A stretch of DNA of 64,000 bases from an uncultured Verrucomicrobiae bacterium (GCA_963828525.1 CAWHEP010000010.1:192001-256000); one strand, 5' to 3'. Counted from the first letter of the stretch, positions 31,990-47,033 are shown. The notes: generated by a model not told the origin, from the letters alone. A program made the numbers and translations.

Positions 31990-33847
31990 ATGCCCGCTGA
32001 CCGACCAATTCGACGTGGACAATTGATCTCCCCCTTCGGCGTGGGTGCGATGGTTTCGTTTCCTCGCGATGAGTCGCTCATGACCGCCGGACTTGACGCT
32101 TGGACGGCGCACGCTAGACAGAAATGCCCTGCCGACTGGCTCGTGCGCGAGGAGCGGCTGGAAGCGCGACTCGGCGTGACACACCTGCGGCTGCCGCCCG
32201 ATCATCGCGATCCGGGTCAAGGGGTGGCTTACCCGAATCAGAATGTTCCATTTGTTCGGTTCCCACGCTGGCACTACTGCCATCACTGCGGCGGCATGGA
32301 GCAGCTTGCGCTTTTCGGCGGGCGCCAGCAGTGCAAGGCGTGGCCTTGGCCAAGGCGCAACTGTGCGGAACGTAAAAAGAAGCCTTGGCTGATACCGGTT
32401 CGTTTCGTCGCCGTCTGCGAGAAGGGACATATCCAGGATTTTCCATTCACGGAATGGGTGCATCGCGAAGCTCCACCCGGAGAAGCGTGCGGTCTGCGAG
32501 ATGCGCGCCGGGCGTTCCTCGGCAGGTCTGACCGGTATCGTCGTTGAATGTAAGTGCGGGCAATTTCGGAGTTTGGGCGGGATTTTCGATTTCAAGGAAA
32601 ACGGCGGAGCGCTGCACCGAATGGGCTGTGACTGCGCCGGGCTGCGGCCCTGGCTTGGCGAATGGGAGAATCCGAAGGGCTGCGGAGAGTTTTTACAGGT
32701 CGTCCAGCGCGGTGCATCAAACACCTATTTTCCGCACGTCGTAAGTTCAATCTACCTTCCCCTTTGGGCGGAGGATGCCGCGAGCGGTGTGGTTAAAGCA
32801 TTGGAAGATCCGAGAGTGTGGGGACCGCTTTCCTCCGGCTTGGTGGATGGCAAAATCTCGGCGGATCGTTGCGACATGGTCGCATCGATGCGAAACCTTG
32901 ATCCAGAGGAGTTGCGCGTCGCGGCCCAACGCAAACTCGACGGCATTCCGGGGGCTTCGACTTTGCGTTCGCAGAGCGAGGAGGATTTTCGCCGAAGCGA
33001 GTATGAAGCGCTGAAAAACGAACGTGGCGCTCCGCAAAGCGATCTCCTCGTGAAGCGTGCCAGCCTTGAGGAATACGACTCCGCAGTAGCCGCACGCTTT
33101 TCCCACCTCGCGCTCGTGCATAAGCTGCGCGAGACGCGCGCGCTTGCTGGCTTCACGCGCATTCTCCCGCCGGACGGAAATCTTGCCAGTGATCGACTGC
33201 GCGAGCTAAAGCGCGATCCCCGCATTGACTGGTTACCGGCGACAATCGTGCGCGGTGAAGGCATCTTCTTTGAGTTCGACGCAGAACGGCTCGACGCGTG
33301 GATTGCCGCAACGCCAGCAATCGCGGAGCGGATCGGTGGTTTAAGCGCGCACTATAACGAACGCCGGATCAAAAATGGTCAGGAGCAGCGGCCGATCCAT
33401 GCGAAATTCGCGCTTATGCACACCTTCGCGCACGTGCTTATCAATCAACTCGCCTTCGAGTGCGGATATGGAAGTGCCTCGTTGCGAGAACGAATCTACT
33501 GCGAATTCACCGATGCGGAGCACCCGATGTCGGGCGTGCTGATCTACACGGCGTCCGGCGATTCCGAAGGCTCGATGGGCGGCTTGGTTCGGCAAGGCCA
33601 ACCCGGCACTTTTGAAAATATTGTATTGCGCGCGATACAGCGTGCTGCCTGGTGTTCATCCGATCCGGTGTGTATCGAAAGTGCCGGCCAGGGTGCCGAC
33701 AACTCGAACCTTGCGGCATGCCACGGCTGCGCATTGCTCCCCGAAACTTCATGCGAAGAAGGGAACCGGCTCCTTGATCGAGCCATGCTCACTGGCACGC
33801 CGCTTAACCCAGAGATCGGGTTTTTCTCCAGTCTCCTATCCACTTGA
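31990..33847 (+). CDS. drmB: DUF1998 protein DrmB-like (frameshift ~32500)
   Basis: RRGQLISPFGVGA, C..GH..DFP, GEGIFF, HTFAH.LI..L..ECGY...SLRERIY, GSMGGL, CSSDPVC, ACHGC.LLPETSCE motifs. Confidence 0.9.
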
Positions 33848-34354
33848 ATGCCCGACGTTTTCACACCGGAAAAACGGTCCGCCGTGATGTCGCGCATCCG
33901 CGGGAGCGGAAACCGCGACACCGAACTCCGGATGATCGCACTCTTTCGTGCGCATGGGATTCGCGGCTGGCGCAGAGGACAAGCAGTGTTTGGGAAACCA
34001 GATTTCGTATTTCGCCGTGAACGCGTGGTTGTGTTCGTGGACGGCTGTTTCTGGCACGGCTGTCCGAAACCGAAGCACGCGCCGATGCCCAAAAATCGCG
34101 CCGAATGGTGGGCGGCAAAACTCAGTCGGAATAAGGGGCGCGACCGTCTGGTGGTGCACGAACTACGCACTCGTGGCTGGCTAGTCGTGAGAGTATGGGA
34201 GTGCGACCTCAAGGGAACGAGTGCAATGCGCACAGTGAGAATGGTCACAAAGACGCTCGAAAGCTTCTATAACTCGTCACAGAAATCTGATTCAGTTTCG
34301 CAAAGCCGACCAAGACGGAAGGTGGGACATTGGCTGGCCCACCTTAAGAGATAA
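33848..34354 (+). CDS. vsr: Very short patch repair endonuclease
   Basis: DVFTPEKRSAVMSRI, GKPDFVF, VFVDGCFWHGCP, W..K..RN..RD, VWEC motifs. Confidence 0.95.
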   Translation: MPDVFTPEKRSAVMSRIRGSGNRDTELRMIALFRAHGIRGWRRGQAVFGKPDFVFRRERVVVFVDGCFWHGCPKPKHAPMPKNRAEWWAAKLSRNKGRDRLVVHELRTRGWLVVRVWECDLKGTSAMRTVRMVTKTLESFYNSSQKSDSVSQSRPRRKVGHWLAHLKR

Positions 34355-34410
34355 GCGGCGGCGCCGAACGAACCCTTGACGCGCAGCAAGAGGCCGGACA
34401 CTCTCGCTGC

Positions 34411-34743
34411 ATGCCCATGGAGATCACACCCGACGGCTATTTTTTGGAACTTTCGTCAAGGAACGCACATGGAGAAACCGTGTACCCACACATCAAGGGC
34501 AAAAGAGGGACGGATCAAAAAGGATTTGATGTGACTCCGACTGCGAAAAAGTCGGACTACCGGCTCATGAGCCTCGATGAATTCTTGGATCTGCTGGCAG
34601 GTGGCGCGTTTGCGGATCAGGGGCGTATCCGAATGCAACCTCGGGAACCAAGCAGTAAAGGCAAAAGCGGAGGCTTTCTCATCCGCAAAGGGCAAATGAG
34701 CGCAAGACTGATTGAGGAATTACGCGCGCGAAAGCTAGGGTGA
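34411..34743 (+). CDS. Hypothetical protein at the end of the defence operon
   Basis: 110-aa hydrophilic ORF co-oriented with the operon; no motif recognised. Confidence 0.55.
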   Translation: MPMEITPDGYFLELSSRNAHGETVYPHIKGKRGTDQKGFDVTPTAKKSDYRLMSLDEFLDLLAGGAFADQGRIRMQPREPSSKGKSGGFLIRKGQMSARLIEELRARKLG

Positions 34744-34839
34744 TCATCGGGCCAGCTTTTGGAACCAGGCTGCGGGGCAGGCTGCATTTCGTGACAGACT
34801 TCTGAAATGCATCGTTCCCGCTCCCGACAAATCCCCTCC

Positions 34840-35040
34840 CGTGATCCAAGCAACCAGCGCGATCCGAGGTAAAAATCCGCCCTTCTTCCTTGGCGTTCTT
34901 CGCGCCCTTCGCGTGAGGCTCTCCCCTCTCTCCCCGTCGGAGAATGCGGTGTAATCCATGGTTCGAAGTCCTCCTCCCCTCCCCTACTTTGCGTCTCCGC
35001 GTCAAAATCTTCTCCAATCATCCGAGCAATCCGTGGTAGA
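34840..35040 (+). repeat. Mosaic intergenic repeat cluster; related clusters at 36318-36379 and 40895-41220, inverted copies at 50790-50915 and 61801-61832
   Basis: TTCCTTGGCGTTCTTCGCGCCCTTCGCGTGAGG at ~34886 and ~40943; GCGTCTCCGCGT..AAAATCTTCTCC at 34991, 36318 and 41129; ATCCGAGCAATCCGTGG modules. Confidence 0.85.
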
Positions 35041-35043
35041 GAA

Positions 35044-36197
35044 ATGCCAATACGAGATGCGCCCTCCCTACTCGCCGTCAATTCATCAAAACCACGCTTG
35101 CGGTCGCGGTTCCAACGGCCTTGGGATTCCCGCGTCGCGCGCGGGCCTCGACTTCAGACTTCGCCGCCCAGCGCGCTCAGGGGAAACTGGGTGTTGCCCT
35201 CCTGGGTTTGGGAGGATTTAGCGGAGCAAGCATTGCTCCTGAACTTCCCGGCGCAAAGAACGTGTATCTCGCCGGCGTGATAACCGGGAATCCGGAGACC
35301 AAAGGCAAAACTTACGCGCGCCGTTACGGGTTCCCCGAAAAGAATATCTATGGTTACGATCAGATCGCGCGGCTCGCGGATAATCCAGACATAGACATCG
35401 TTCACGTGGTGACCCCAAACGGGTTGCACGCGGAGCATACAATAGCGGCTCTAAAAGCTGGCAAGCATGTGATGTGCGAGAAGCCTATGGCGACGCATAG
35501 CGCCGATTGCCAGGCTATGATCGACGCGGCTCGCGCGGCGGAGCGATACCTTGCGGTTGACTACCGCTTGCATTTTGAACCGCATCACGTGGAGATGATG
35601 CGTCTCGCTTCCGACAAAGTTTACGGGAATGTGAAGAAAATCGTGACCGAATTTTCATGGCATCGCGGCAACGGCAAACCCTGGCTCTCAAACAAGACGC
35701 TGTCAGGAGGAGGGGCGATGTTTGATACCGGCGTTTACAGCATCCAGGCCGGATGTTATATCGCGAACTCCACTCCGACGGCCGTGACCGCTATTCCTTC
35801 GACGGTTGACGCGGGCTATCCGGCGGGAATCGAGGAGACGATGCGCGTGACGTTCGAATATCCCGGGGGGATCACCCACGAAGGCACCGCGAGTTATTTG
35901 GTTAGCAAAGGAGAGTTTCGGGTGGAGGCGGAGAAGGGCGCGTTTGCCTGCCTCGGCGCCTCCTTTTCGCAGAGCGCTGGAGGCAAGCCCAGCATCAAGC
36001 AACTCCTGCTGCCGGACGGTCGATATTTCGACGCGCCAAATACCCTGCAACTGGCGGTTCTGCACGACCATTTCGCGGAGGCGATCCGGTCGAAGACCCC
36101 GTTCATCTGTCCCGGAGAAATGGGGTTGCGCGATATCAAGATCCTGGAAGCGATTTACCGCTCCGTTGCGCAAGGAAGCGCTAGGGTCGTGGTCTAA
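35044..36197 (+). CDS. Tat-exported Gfo/Idh/MocA oxidoreductase (glucose-fructose oxidoreductase-like); start uncertain
   Basis: TRRQFIKTT twin-arginine signal in frame upstream of 35121; GLGG, VTPNGLH, GKHVMCEKPMA, GGGAMFDTGVY motifs. Confidence 0.88.
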
Positions 36198-36393
36198 AAC
36201 CAGACCGACGCACGCCTCGGCGTGGCGTCCATGCCTGGCGGAGACGGGAGCGAAGTCCAACTTCGAAGACAATTGCGTTTCCAAGTACAACTTGGGTAAC
36301 GAGGGGGATTCGCCTCAGCGTCTCCGCGTCAAAATCTTCTCCCCTCCCCATCCAAGAAATCCGTGTAATCCGCGGTTAACATCCCGGGCGTTT

Positions 36394-39886
<3,493 letters not shown>

Positions 39887-40077
39887 ATAGCTCCTTTCAA
39901 AGGTCCAAGACGGTAAATAACTGTCATAGCGTGAGTTCTTCCTACCTGTAATAGAAGAAATTCACGCCAAAGGTTACAAACCCTCCGCTATGCTCTCGGG
40001 CAATCGAAAGCGTTCAACGAAGACGCAGGATTTTGTCGACCATCGCCCTTTAAGCCACGCGCCTATCATTGGGAAGA

Positions 40078-40818
40078 TCAGCCGAACGCCGCGAAGAGCG
40101 CCTGAATTTCTTCCTCGATCTGCGCCGGCGTCGCCACCGTTTGCGCAATCTCATTGCGAAGCGCCTCACGGTAGCGCGCCCGAAGCCGATGCGCCGCGAC
40201 TTTGACGGCGCCCTGGCTCATGCCCAGTGTTGCCGCAACCTCGGCGTAAGGCAGCGCGCCGCGTCCAGCCGTGAGAAAGATTTTTAACGCGTCAAACAAC
40301 CGCTGTTTCCCCGCGGCATTCATTTCGGCCTCGAGAAGGAGGACTACCCTGTCGAGCAAAGCCACTGCCCACTGCCGCTCGAATTCCCGGGCGGCGGTGG
40401 AAACATCTGCCACTTCGAGCGGTTCGCGCCCAGGCAGCGCGCGCGCTTCGAAGTGCGTGATGTGCTGACCGCCTCCCCGCTTTTGCGCGCGTTCCCGATC
40501 CCGCTGATTGGCAAGAAAATGCTTCAGCGAGACCAGGAGAAAAGAGCGGAATTTCCCCTTCTCGCGTTTAACCGCGCGCAGCCACTCCTTTTCAAGCAGC
40601 TTGGAAAAAAAATCCTGGGTGAGGTCTTCCGCGTCCTGGGAAGTCGTGACATTCCTTCGGACATACCGATAAACCGGCTGCCAATAAATCCGGCAAAGCT
40701 CCTCCAGCGCGCAACGACTTTCAGGTGAATCGTTGCCTCGGGCATTGAGCACGATGGACCACCGCGTCGCCGCAAAGCATGGATCCTGAACTTTAGTCAA
40801 ATCGCGGCCCATGCGCAT
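40078..40818 (-). CDS. ECF sigma factor of the kinase-associated type
   Basis: FAATRWSIVL, ALEELCRIYW, AEDLTQDFF, GKFRSFLL, KRGGG, AVKVAAHRLR; directly upstream of the kinase. Confidence 0.9.
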   Translation of the reverse strand: MRMGRDLTKVQDPCFAATRWSIVLNARGNDSPESRCALEELCRIYWQPVYRYVRRNVTTSQDAEDLTQDFFSKLLEKEWLRAVKREKGKFRSFLLVSLKHFLANQRDRERAQKRGGGQHITHFEARALPGREPLEVADVSTAAREFERQWAVALLDRVVLLLEAEMNAAGKQRLFDALKIFLTAGRGALPYAEVAATLGMSQGAVKVAAHRLRARYREALRNEIAQTVATPAQIEEEIQALFAAFG

Positions 40819-40894
40819 CTACGACTGTGCTCATCATAACCGACTCCTCCCTGAAGTTGAATAATCACAGCCACTCGTCAAGCTTCGCCCCCTC

Positions 40895-41220
40895 CCATCA
40901 TCCGAGCAACAAGCGCAATCCGAGATAAAATCCCCGCCCCTCTTCCTTGGCGTTCTTCGCGCCCTTCGCGTGAGGAAATCCCCTCTTCTAAACCTCGTGT
41001 AAACTCATCATCCAATCCGAGAAAATCCGCGTAAATCCGTGGTAAAAAATCCAGCCCTCCCAAAAAGAATCCGCGTAGAAACCTCTCCTTCCTCCGACTT
41101 AAACTCTCCCTCGTTCCGCTCTCCCTCCGCGTCTCCGCGTTTAAAATCTTCTCCCCTCCCCATCCAAGAAATCCGTGTCATCCGCGGTTAAAATCTCCGC
41201 GTCTCAGCGTTAAAATCCCC
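40895..41220 (+). repeat. Mosaic intergenic repeat cluster
   Basis: A ~62-bp block at 41129-41191 is near-identical to 36318-36379; 40917-40975 resembles 34861-34918. Confidence 0.85.
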
Positions 41221-43424
41221 TAAACCTTTTTGAACCCAACAACCGCTAGCGGCGGCAATGTTAGCACTAGCGAATGCGATTTCCCCTGCCAAGGGATCTC
41301 CTCCGCCCACATCCCTCCATAGTTCCCGACGTTGCTCCCGCCGTAAGTCTCCGCGTCGGTATTCAGTATCTCCGAGTAGTAGCCTTCGCCCGGAACCCCA
41401 ACCCGATACCACTCGCGAACGACAGGCGTGGCGTTCACCACAAACACCAGCACCGATCCCTGCGCTGGCTTTCGCATAAAAGCGATGACGCTGTTGTCGG
41501 CGTCCCGAAAATCTATCCACTCGAATCCAAGGTAACTATCGTCCTGCTGGTAAAAAGCGGGTTCGGTTTTGTAGATGTGATTCAGGTGCTGCACCAGCCG
41601 CTGCAGACCATCGTGCTCTTTGTATTGCAGCAGATGCCAGTCGAGGCTGCCGTCGTGGCTCCACTCGTGGTATTGCCCAAACTCCTGGCCCTGGAAGAGT
41701 AACTTTTTCCCGGGATGCGCGTACATCCATCCGTAGAACATCCGCAAATTCGCGAATTTCTGCCACTGGTCACCGGGCATTTTGCAGATGAGAGAACCTT
41801 TCCCATGCACCACCTCGTCGTGGCTCAAGACGAGCACGAAATGCTCGTGAAACGCGTAGATCAGCGAAAACGTGATGTCGCCCTGGTGAAACCGGCGATA
41901 GACCGGTTCCTTTTCCATGTAGGAAAGGAAGTCATGCATCCAGCCCATGTTCCATTTGAACCCAAATCCGAGGCCGCCGAGGTAGGTCGGTCGCGACACG
42001 CCCGGCCATGACGTTGATTCCTCCGCGATCGTCATGATCCCCGGGAAACGCTCGTAGCAGACTTCATTCATCCTCTTGAGGAAGTGGATCGCGTCGAGGT
42101 TCTCCCTGCCGCCAAACACGTTTGGAATCCATTCCCCTTCTTTCCTCGAGTAGTCGAGGTAGAGCATCGACGCCACCGCGTCCACGCGAAGTCCGTCGAT
42201 ATGATATTGATCGAGCCAGAACAGGGCGTTCGCGATGAGGAAATTCCGCACTTCATTTCTGCCGTAGTTGAAGATGAGAGTTCCCCAGTCCACGTGTTCC
42301 CCCTGGCGCGGATCCGCGTGCTCATAAAGATCCGTGCCGTCAAACTCCGCGAGCCCGTGCGCGTCCTTCGGGAAATGGCCCGGCACCCAGTCCAGAATGA
42401 CGCCAATGCCCTTCTGGTGAAAACGATCCACAAAATGACGGAACTCATCGGGGTTTCCGAACCGGCTGGTGGGCGAGAAATACCCGGTCACCTGGTAGCC
42501 CCAGGAACCGTCGAAAGGATGTTCCGCTACGGGCATCAACTCGATATGGGTGTAGCCCATCCGAATCACATATTCGAGGAGACGATCCGCCAGTTCGATA
42601 TAGCTCAACCACCGGTTCCCCTCCTCCGTCACTCGCGCCCACGAACCAAGATGAACCTCGTAGATGCTGACGGGACTGTTCTGCCAATCCTTGGAACGTC
42701 TCGCGTCCATCCATGAGGCGTCGCTCCAGGCATATCGGTTTAGATCAAACACCAGCGACGCTGTCTGCTTGCCGTGCTGCCCGAAAAAAGCAAAGGGATC
42801 GCTCTTCAACTGCAACCCGCCATGCCACGCCTTCACCTCGAATTTATAATGCGTCAGCTCAACAAGCCCGGGCAGGAAGATTTCCCAGACGCCGCTGCCC
42901 AGAAGCTTCCGCATCGGATGCGTTCGTCCGTCCCAATGGTTAAAATCTCCCACCACGCTTATCCGCTGGGCATTTGGAGCCCAGACGCAGAACGTGACCC
43001 CCTTTACCCCGCCGACTTCTGTGAGATGCGCGCCCAGCTTCTTGTAGAGGTCAAAATGGTTGCCTTCCGCAAACAGGTGCAGATCGACGTCCCCCAGGAT
43101 CGGTCCGAAGGAGTAAGGGTCAGACGCTGTCCACACGCTTCCATCATGTCCCACAAAGCGAAGGGTGTAAGCGAAGCGCTCAGCTCCCGGGATCGCGGCC
43201 TCGAAATATCCGTCGGAGTGGAACTTCTGCGCGGTAAAGACTCGCGACTCATCATGCGCGTCAATCACCGTCACCTCATTGGCGTCGGGTCTGAAAACCC
43301 GCACGACGAGGTTTTCGCCCGCCTGGTGCATCCCGAGGACGGCGAACGGATCCCCATGACGCCCCTCCAGGATCGCATGCAGGCTGCCGTCATCAATTGT
43401 TTGCCCGAGGGGGGAGATGTTCAT
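41220..43424 (-). CDS. glgB: 1,4-alpha-glucan branching enzyme
   Basis: [48 protein letters not shown]. Start at MNISP gives an ATGA overlap with the upstream gene. Confidence 0.97.
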   Translation of the reverse strand: MNISPLGQTIDDGSLHAILEGRHGDPFAVLGMHQAGENLVVRVFRPDANEVTVIDAHDESRVFTAQKFHSDGYFEAAIPGAERFAYTLRFVGHDGSVWTASDPYSFGPILGDVDLHLFAEGNHFDLYKKLGAHLTEVGGVKGVTFCVWAPNAQRISVVGDFNHWDGRTHPMRKLLGSGVWEIFLPGLVELTHYKFEVKAWHGGLQLKSDPFAFFGQHGKQTASLVFDLNRYAWSDASWMDARRSKDWQNSPVSIYEVHLGSWARVTEEGNRWLSYIELADRLLEYVIRMGYTHIELMPVAEHPFDGSWGYQVTGYFSPTSRFGNPDEFRHFVDRFHQKGIGVILDWVPGHFPKDAHGLAEFDGTDLYEHADPRQGEHVDWGTLIFNYGRNEVRNFLIANALFWLDQYHIDGLRVDAVASMLYLDYSRKEGEWIPNVFGGRENLDAIHFLKRMNEVCYERFPGIMTIAEESTSWPGVSRPTYLGGLGFGFKWNMGWMHDFLSYMEKEPVYRRFHQGDITFSLIYAFHEHFVLVLSHDEVVHGKGSLICKMPGDQWQKFANLRMFYGWMYAHPGKKLLFQGQEFGQYHEWSHDGSLDWHLLQYKEHDGLQRLVQHLNHIYKTEPAFYQQDDSYLGFEWIDFRDADNSVIAFMRKPAQGSVLVFVVNATPVVREWYRVGVPGEGYYSEILNTDAETYGGSNVGNYGGMWAEEIPWQGKSHSLVLTLPPLAVVGFKKV

Positions 43425-44779
43425 AGAGTGATTACTTTCGGCCTGTGGCTTTCCGAGCCTTCTTTCCTCAACAGCGGACGCCCATTGTGATCGGGTTGTA
43501 ACGAAGATGCGAGCATCGGTTGCAGATAGTTCGAATGGATGGCGCGCCACGAATGCTTCGCGACGGCTAATTTTTGAGCGCGCAATGCCGCGGAACCCTC
43601 CGCGAACGCCATGAGCCTGTCCGCGAGCTCTGATGGAGTAATCTCGACGGGAAAGAAATTCGCCCTCCCCTGCCACATCGACCTTAGTGGCTCGATGTCT
43701 GAACAGAAGATCGGCAGCCGGAAAAGCGCCGCCTCCAGCGGGGGCAGCCCAAACCCCTCCTGGGCGCTCGGGTAAAACAGTACATCCGAGACAGCGTACA
43801 GGCCCGCCATGTCCCGTTCCGTCACTCCAAACCGGTCAGCGAGGAAAACAACCGGGGCTCCAAGCTCTTTCGCTAATTGGCGAAGAGATTCGAAATACGA
43901 GTCCCCGTCCCGCGCCCGGGCGTCCGGCGCTCCGGTGACGAGATAACGGCACCGGCAGCCTTTTGCGACCAGCGCGGCGCTGACGCGAATGCCCAGTTCG
44001 ATATTTTTGCGCTTCAGAATCCGTGTGGGATGGAACAGCGTTAAGTCCAATTCGAAAATATCCTCTTCTTCGCAAACCGCTGCTACGGAGGGGGTTAAAC
44101 CCAGCATCGCGACGGGGTCAACGCCATTAGGCACCACGGCGCGCGTGTCTACGCCCGTCAATGACCTGAACGCCTCTGCCCGCTGCTCGGATACAGCCAC
44201 ATACTCAAATCCCGGACACGCCCGATAGAGCAGATTCCAGGGAAATTCGACAGCGTGACGAATTTGATAGGCTGGACCTTGCCTCCTTATTGGGCTCTGC
44301 GCGACTACAGGGGCAAATTCGACACTGTGACGAATTTGATAGTCTGGGTTTAGCGCCGCGACATCGTGAATCCATGCGACGAGACGGCACCCCCCTGGCG
44401 CCCTCTCCTCCGCCAGTTGCCAGAGAACTGACGTGAGCGCGAGATTGAAGGGCATCGTCAACACATTGTGGGCGAACAGGATGTCCGCCCGCGCGAGAAT
44501 AGGAACGATTCGCGCCTTGATCTCGGCTGCCAGAGAACGAAATGCCTCCCCTGCCCTGCCGTTGTCGAGTTCGCGTTGCGCCTCAAGAACCAGCGGATGT
44601 TCCCTCATCAGCTCGGGGAGAAGCACAAGCTCCACTCCGGCCTGATCCGAAAAGCCCTCGCCACACACCACTGTCACCGAGTGACCATCTTTCGCGAATC
44701 GCCTCGCGTGTTCCCGGATGACAGTTTCAACCCCTCCGATCACCGGAGCGAAGCTGTAATGGAGAATGCAGATGTTCAC
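43421..44779 (-). CDS. Glycosyltransferase family 4 (GT-B) with internal 24-aa duplication
   Basis: [30 protein letters not shown] motifs; YQIRH(S/A)VEF occurs twice. Confidence 0.9.
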   Translation of the reverse strand: MNICILHYSFAPVIGGVETVIREHARRFAKDGHSVTVVCGEGFSDQAGVELVLLPELMREHPLVLEAQRELDNGRAGEAFRSLAAEIKARIVPILARADILFAHNVLTMPFNLALTSVLWQLAEERAPGGCRLVAWIHDVAALNPDYQIRHSVEFAPVVAQSPIRRQGPAYQIRHAVEFPWNLLYRACPGFEYVAVSEQRAEAFRSLTGVDTRAVVPNGVDPVAMLGLTPSVAAVCEEEDIFELDLTLFHPTRILKRKNIELGIRVSAALVAKGCRCRYLVTGAPDARARDGDSYFESLRQLAKELGAPVVFLADRFGVTERDMAGLYAVSDVLFYPSAQEGFGLPPLEAALFRLPIFCSDIEPLRSMWQGRANFFPVEITPSELADRLMAFAEGSAALRAQKLAVAKHSWRAIHSNYLQPMLASSLQPDHNGRPLLRKEGSESHRPKVITL

Positions 44780-45000
44780 GACAATCCGCTGTTCGCGTCG
44801 GCGGATAAACAGTTGATCGAGCAGACTTTAGGCAAATTCGACACAGTGGCGTATTTCGTAGTCCGGGATGGGTCGTAAGTTCGCCTGATCAGCTGGCACT
44901 CTTCCAGCGCTCTTCTGGACGAGTCGGTAATGAATGCAGATGTTCAATTCCCTTCGTGGTACGAACGATTTCAGGCAAATTCGTCACGGTGTCGAATTTG
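44242..45000. repeat. Four copies of a 25-bp imperfect palindrome, consensus CAAATTCGACAC-N-GTGWCGAATTTG
   Basis: Copies at 44242-44266, 44314-44338, 44833-44857 and 44976-45000. Confidence 0.85.
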
Positions 45001-45124
45001 AAAGTCCGTGTTCCGCGCCTAAATCGTAATCCATTCCATCGGACGGCATCCTCCCGGGGGCGACTGTAATGAAGGGTGCAAACATTCAATGGCGAACCGC
45101 AGTTTCGCCCTGTCAGATAAACAA

Positions 45125-46999
45125 TTAATCTAGTTGCTTTGTTGCTTTGTTCCTGGCGAGCCAGACGCTGAGCAGTGAAATATCAGCGGGTGTTATCCCA
45201 CTTATTCGCCCCGCCTGGCCGAATGTAGTTGGCTGAATCTGGCTAAACTTTTGGCGCGCTTCGAATCTTAGACCGGTCACGGCCGAATAATCCAGCGACG
45301 CGGGCAGCAGTTTGGTCTCCGAAGCCCGGGATCGATCAACGGCGTCATTCTGCCGGCGTATGTATCCGGCATACTTGAGGTCAGTTTCAAAAAGCGACCA
45401 AATGGCATCTGAAAACCGCCCTCTTACTTCGTTGGGCAAGGTCTCATAGGAATTTTCAGACCTCCTCAGCCACTGCGTGAGAGGCACAGAATCGATGCGC
45501 ATTCTCGCAGCTTCGGCTTCCAGTGACTTCAGGGAATTCGCCTTCTCTGTGAAAACTCCATGCCGATAGTCGTCGACCAGCCCAAACCTGCGCCCTGTTG
45601 GCGTCAGACGCTGATCGGCGTTATCCTGCCGCAGCAGGAGTCGATGCTCGGCGCGGCTGGTAAACATTCGGTATGGCTCATCTGTCCCCTTGAGGACGAG
45701 ATCGTCGATCATGACGCCGATGTAGGATTCAGATCGTGATAAAACAATTTGTTCCCGTTGCTGCACCTTTAGGGCGGCATTAGCTCCTGCTATGAGACCC
45801 TGCGCCGCGGCTTCTTCGTATCCCGACGTGCCATTAATCTGGCCGGCAAAGTAGAGGTTCTCAACCCGCTTCGTCTCAAGAGTCGGCAGCAATTGGGTTG
45901 GAGGACAGTAGTCATACTCCACGGCGTAGCCTGGGCGAAGAATCTCGGCGTTCTCCAGTCCGACGATTGTTCGGATGAATTGGTATTGAACGTCATAAGG
46001 CAAACTGGTGGACATCCCGTTCACGTAGATTTCCTCCGTATGGCGTCCCTCCGGCTCCAGGAATATCTGGTGGCTTTCCTTGGCAGCGAACTTGACCACC
46101 TTATCCTCAATAGAAGGACAGTAGCGAGGACCAACACCTTCGATCCTGCCCGAATACATCGCTGATTTGTCGAGATTGTCGCGGATCACCTCGTGCGTGT
46201 TCACATTGGTATGGGTGATCCAGCAAGGGAGTTGTTCCACGTGGAACAACCCGCCGTCAAAGCGGTTGAGCGTGAAAATATCATCCTTAGTCCCATTGAT
46301 CAGCTCCGGGACAAAGCTGAAGAGCGGAGGGACAACGTCGCCCGCCTGCCTTTGACATTTGTCGAAGTTGATCGATGGACCGTTCAGGCGGCATGGCGTC
46401 CCGGTTTTAAACCGCCCGATTTCGAAACCGAGAGATTTCAGCGAACCGCTTAACGAGGACTCGGGATCCCCCATCCTTCCGCCTGGTTTGTTTTGCAGCC
46501 CCACGTGAAGAAGGCCCCTCATAAAGGTTCCTGTCGTTATCACAACCGCTTTGGACGCAAAGAAGATCCCGAAGTCAGTCTCGACTCCCGCAGCTTTACC
46601 CCCCTGCTCCACCAGCCTCACCGCGTTCGCCTGTTTGACGTCCAGACCGCTTTGCCGTTCACAGCATGCCTTTGCCCTGAACTGATAAGCCTTTTTGTCA
46701 CATTGAGAGCGTGGCGCTCGCACGCTGGCGCCTTTGTTGGAATTGAGCATTCGACACTGGATGGCTGTGGCGTCCGTGTTTAGCGCCATAAAGCCCCCGA
46801 GAGCATCGATCTCCCGGACAATGTGACCCTTGGCGAGTCCGCCGATCGCCGGGTTGCAGGACATCTGGCCGATGGTGTCTGCATTTTGGGTGAGCATCAA
46901 AGTCGCGCATCCAAGGCGGGACGCGGACATAGCGGCCTCAATGCCAGCATGACCGCCGCCAACGACGATGACATCATACTGCTTTGGATAGTTAAACAT
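45125..46999 (-). CDS. mnmG: tRNA uridine 5-carboxymethylaminomethyl modification enzyme
   Basis: [58 protein letters not shown]; start at MFNYPK. Confidence 0.97.
   Translation of the reverse strand: MFNYPKQYDVIVVGGGHAGIEAAMSASRLGCATLMLTQNADTIGQMSCNPAIGGLAKGHIVREIDALGGFMALNTDATAIQCRMLNSNKGASVRAPRSQCDKKAYQFRAKACCERQSGLDVKQANAVRLVEQGGKAAGVETDFGIFFASKAVVITTGTFMRGLLHVGLQNKPGGRMGDPESSLSGSLKSLGFEIGRFKTGTPCRLNGPSINFDKCQRQAGDVVPPLFSFVPELINGTKDDIFTLNRFDGGLFHVEQLPCWITHTNVNTHEVIRDNLDKSAMYSGRIEGVGPRYCPSIEDKVVKFAAKESHQIFLEPEGRHTEEIYVNGMSTSLPYDVQYQFIRTIVGLENAEILRPGYAVEYDYCPPTQLLPTLETKRVENLYFAGQINGTSGYEEAAAQGLIAGANAALKVQQREQIVLSRSESYIGVMIDDLVLKGTDEPYRMFTSRAEHRLLLRQDNADQRLTPTGRRFGLVDDYRHGVFTEKANSLKSLEAEAARMRIDSVPLTQWLRRSENSYETLPNEVRGRFSDAIWSLFETDLKYAGYIRRQNDAVDRSRASETKLLPASLDYSAVTGLRFEARQKFSQIQPTTFGQAGRISGITPADISLLSVWLARNKATKQLD
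46231..46250. promoter_or_regulatory. parS centromere-like site inside mnmG
   Basis: Perfect 20-bp palindrome GTTGTTCCACGTGGAACAAC containing the canonical parS-type core TGTTCCACGTGGAACA. Confidence 0.85.
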
Positions 47000-47033
47000 C
47001 GCGCTTCTCGTGGGACAATGGTCAATCTGCACA

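Noticed and set aside
28598..33847. Druantia assignment for the helicase and DUF1998 genes
   Set aside because: DruE has helicase and DUF1998 in one polypeptide. Here they are separate genes with DrmA/DrmB-type motifs and a C5 MTase.
21200..34800. Island as a prophage, ICE or transposon
   Set aside because: No integrase, transposase, tRNA target or att direct repeats were found at either defence island.
44889..45089. 66-aa ORF as an independent protein
   Set aside because: It reads out of one tandem unit into the next in a shifted frame, so it is better explained by the repeat units.
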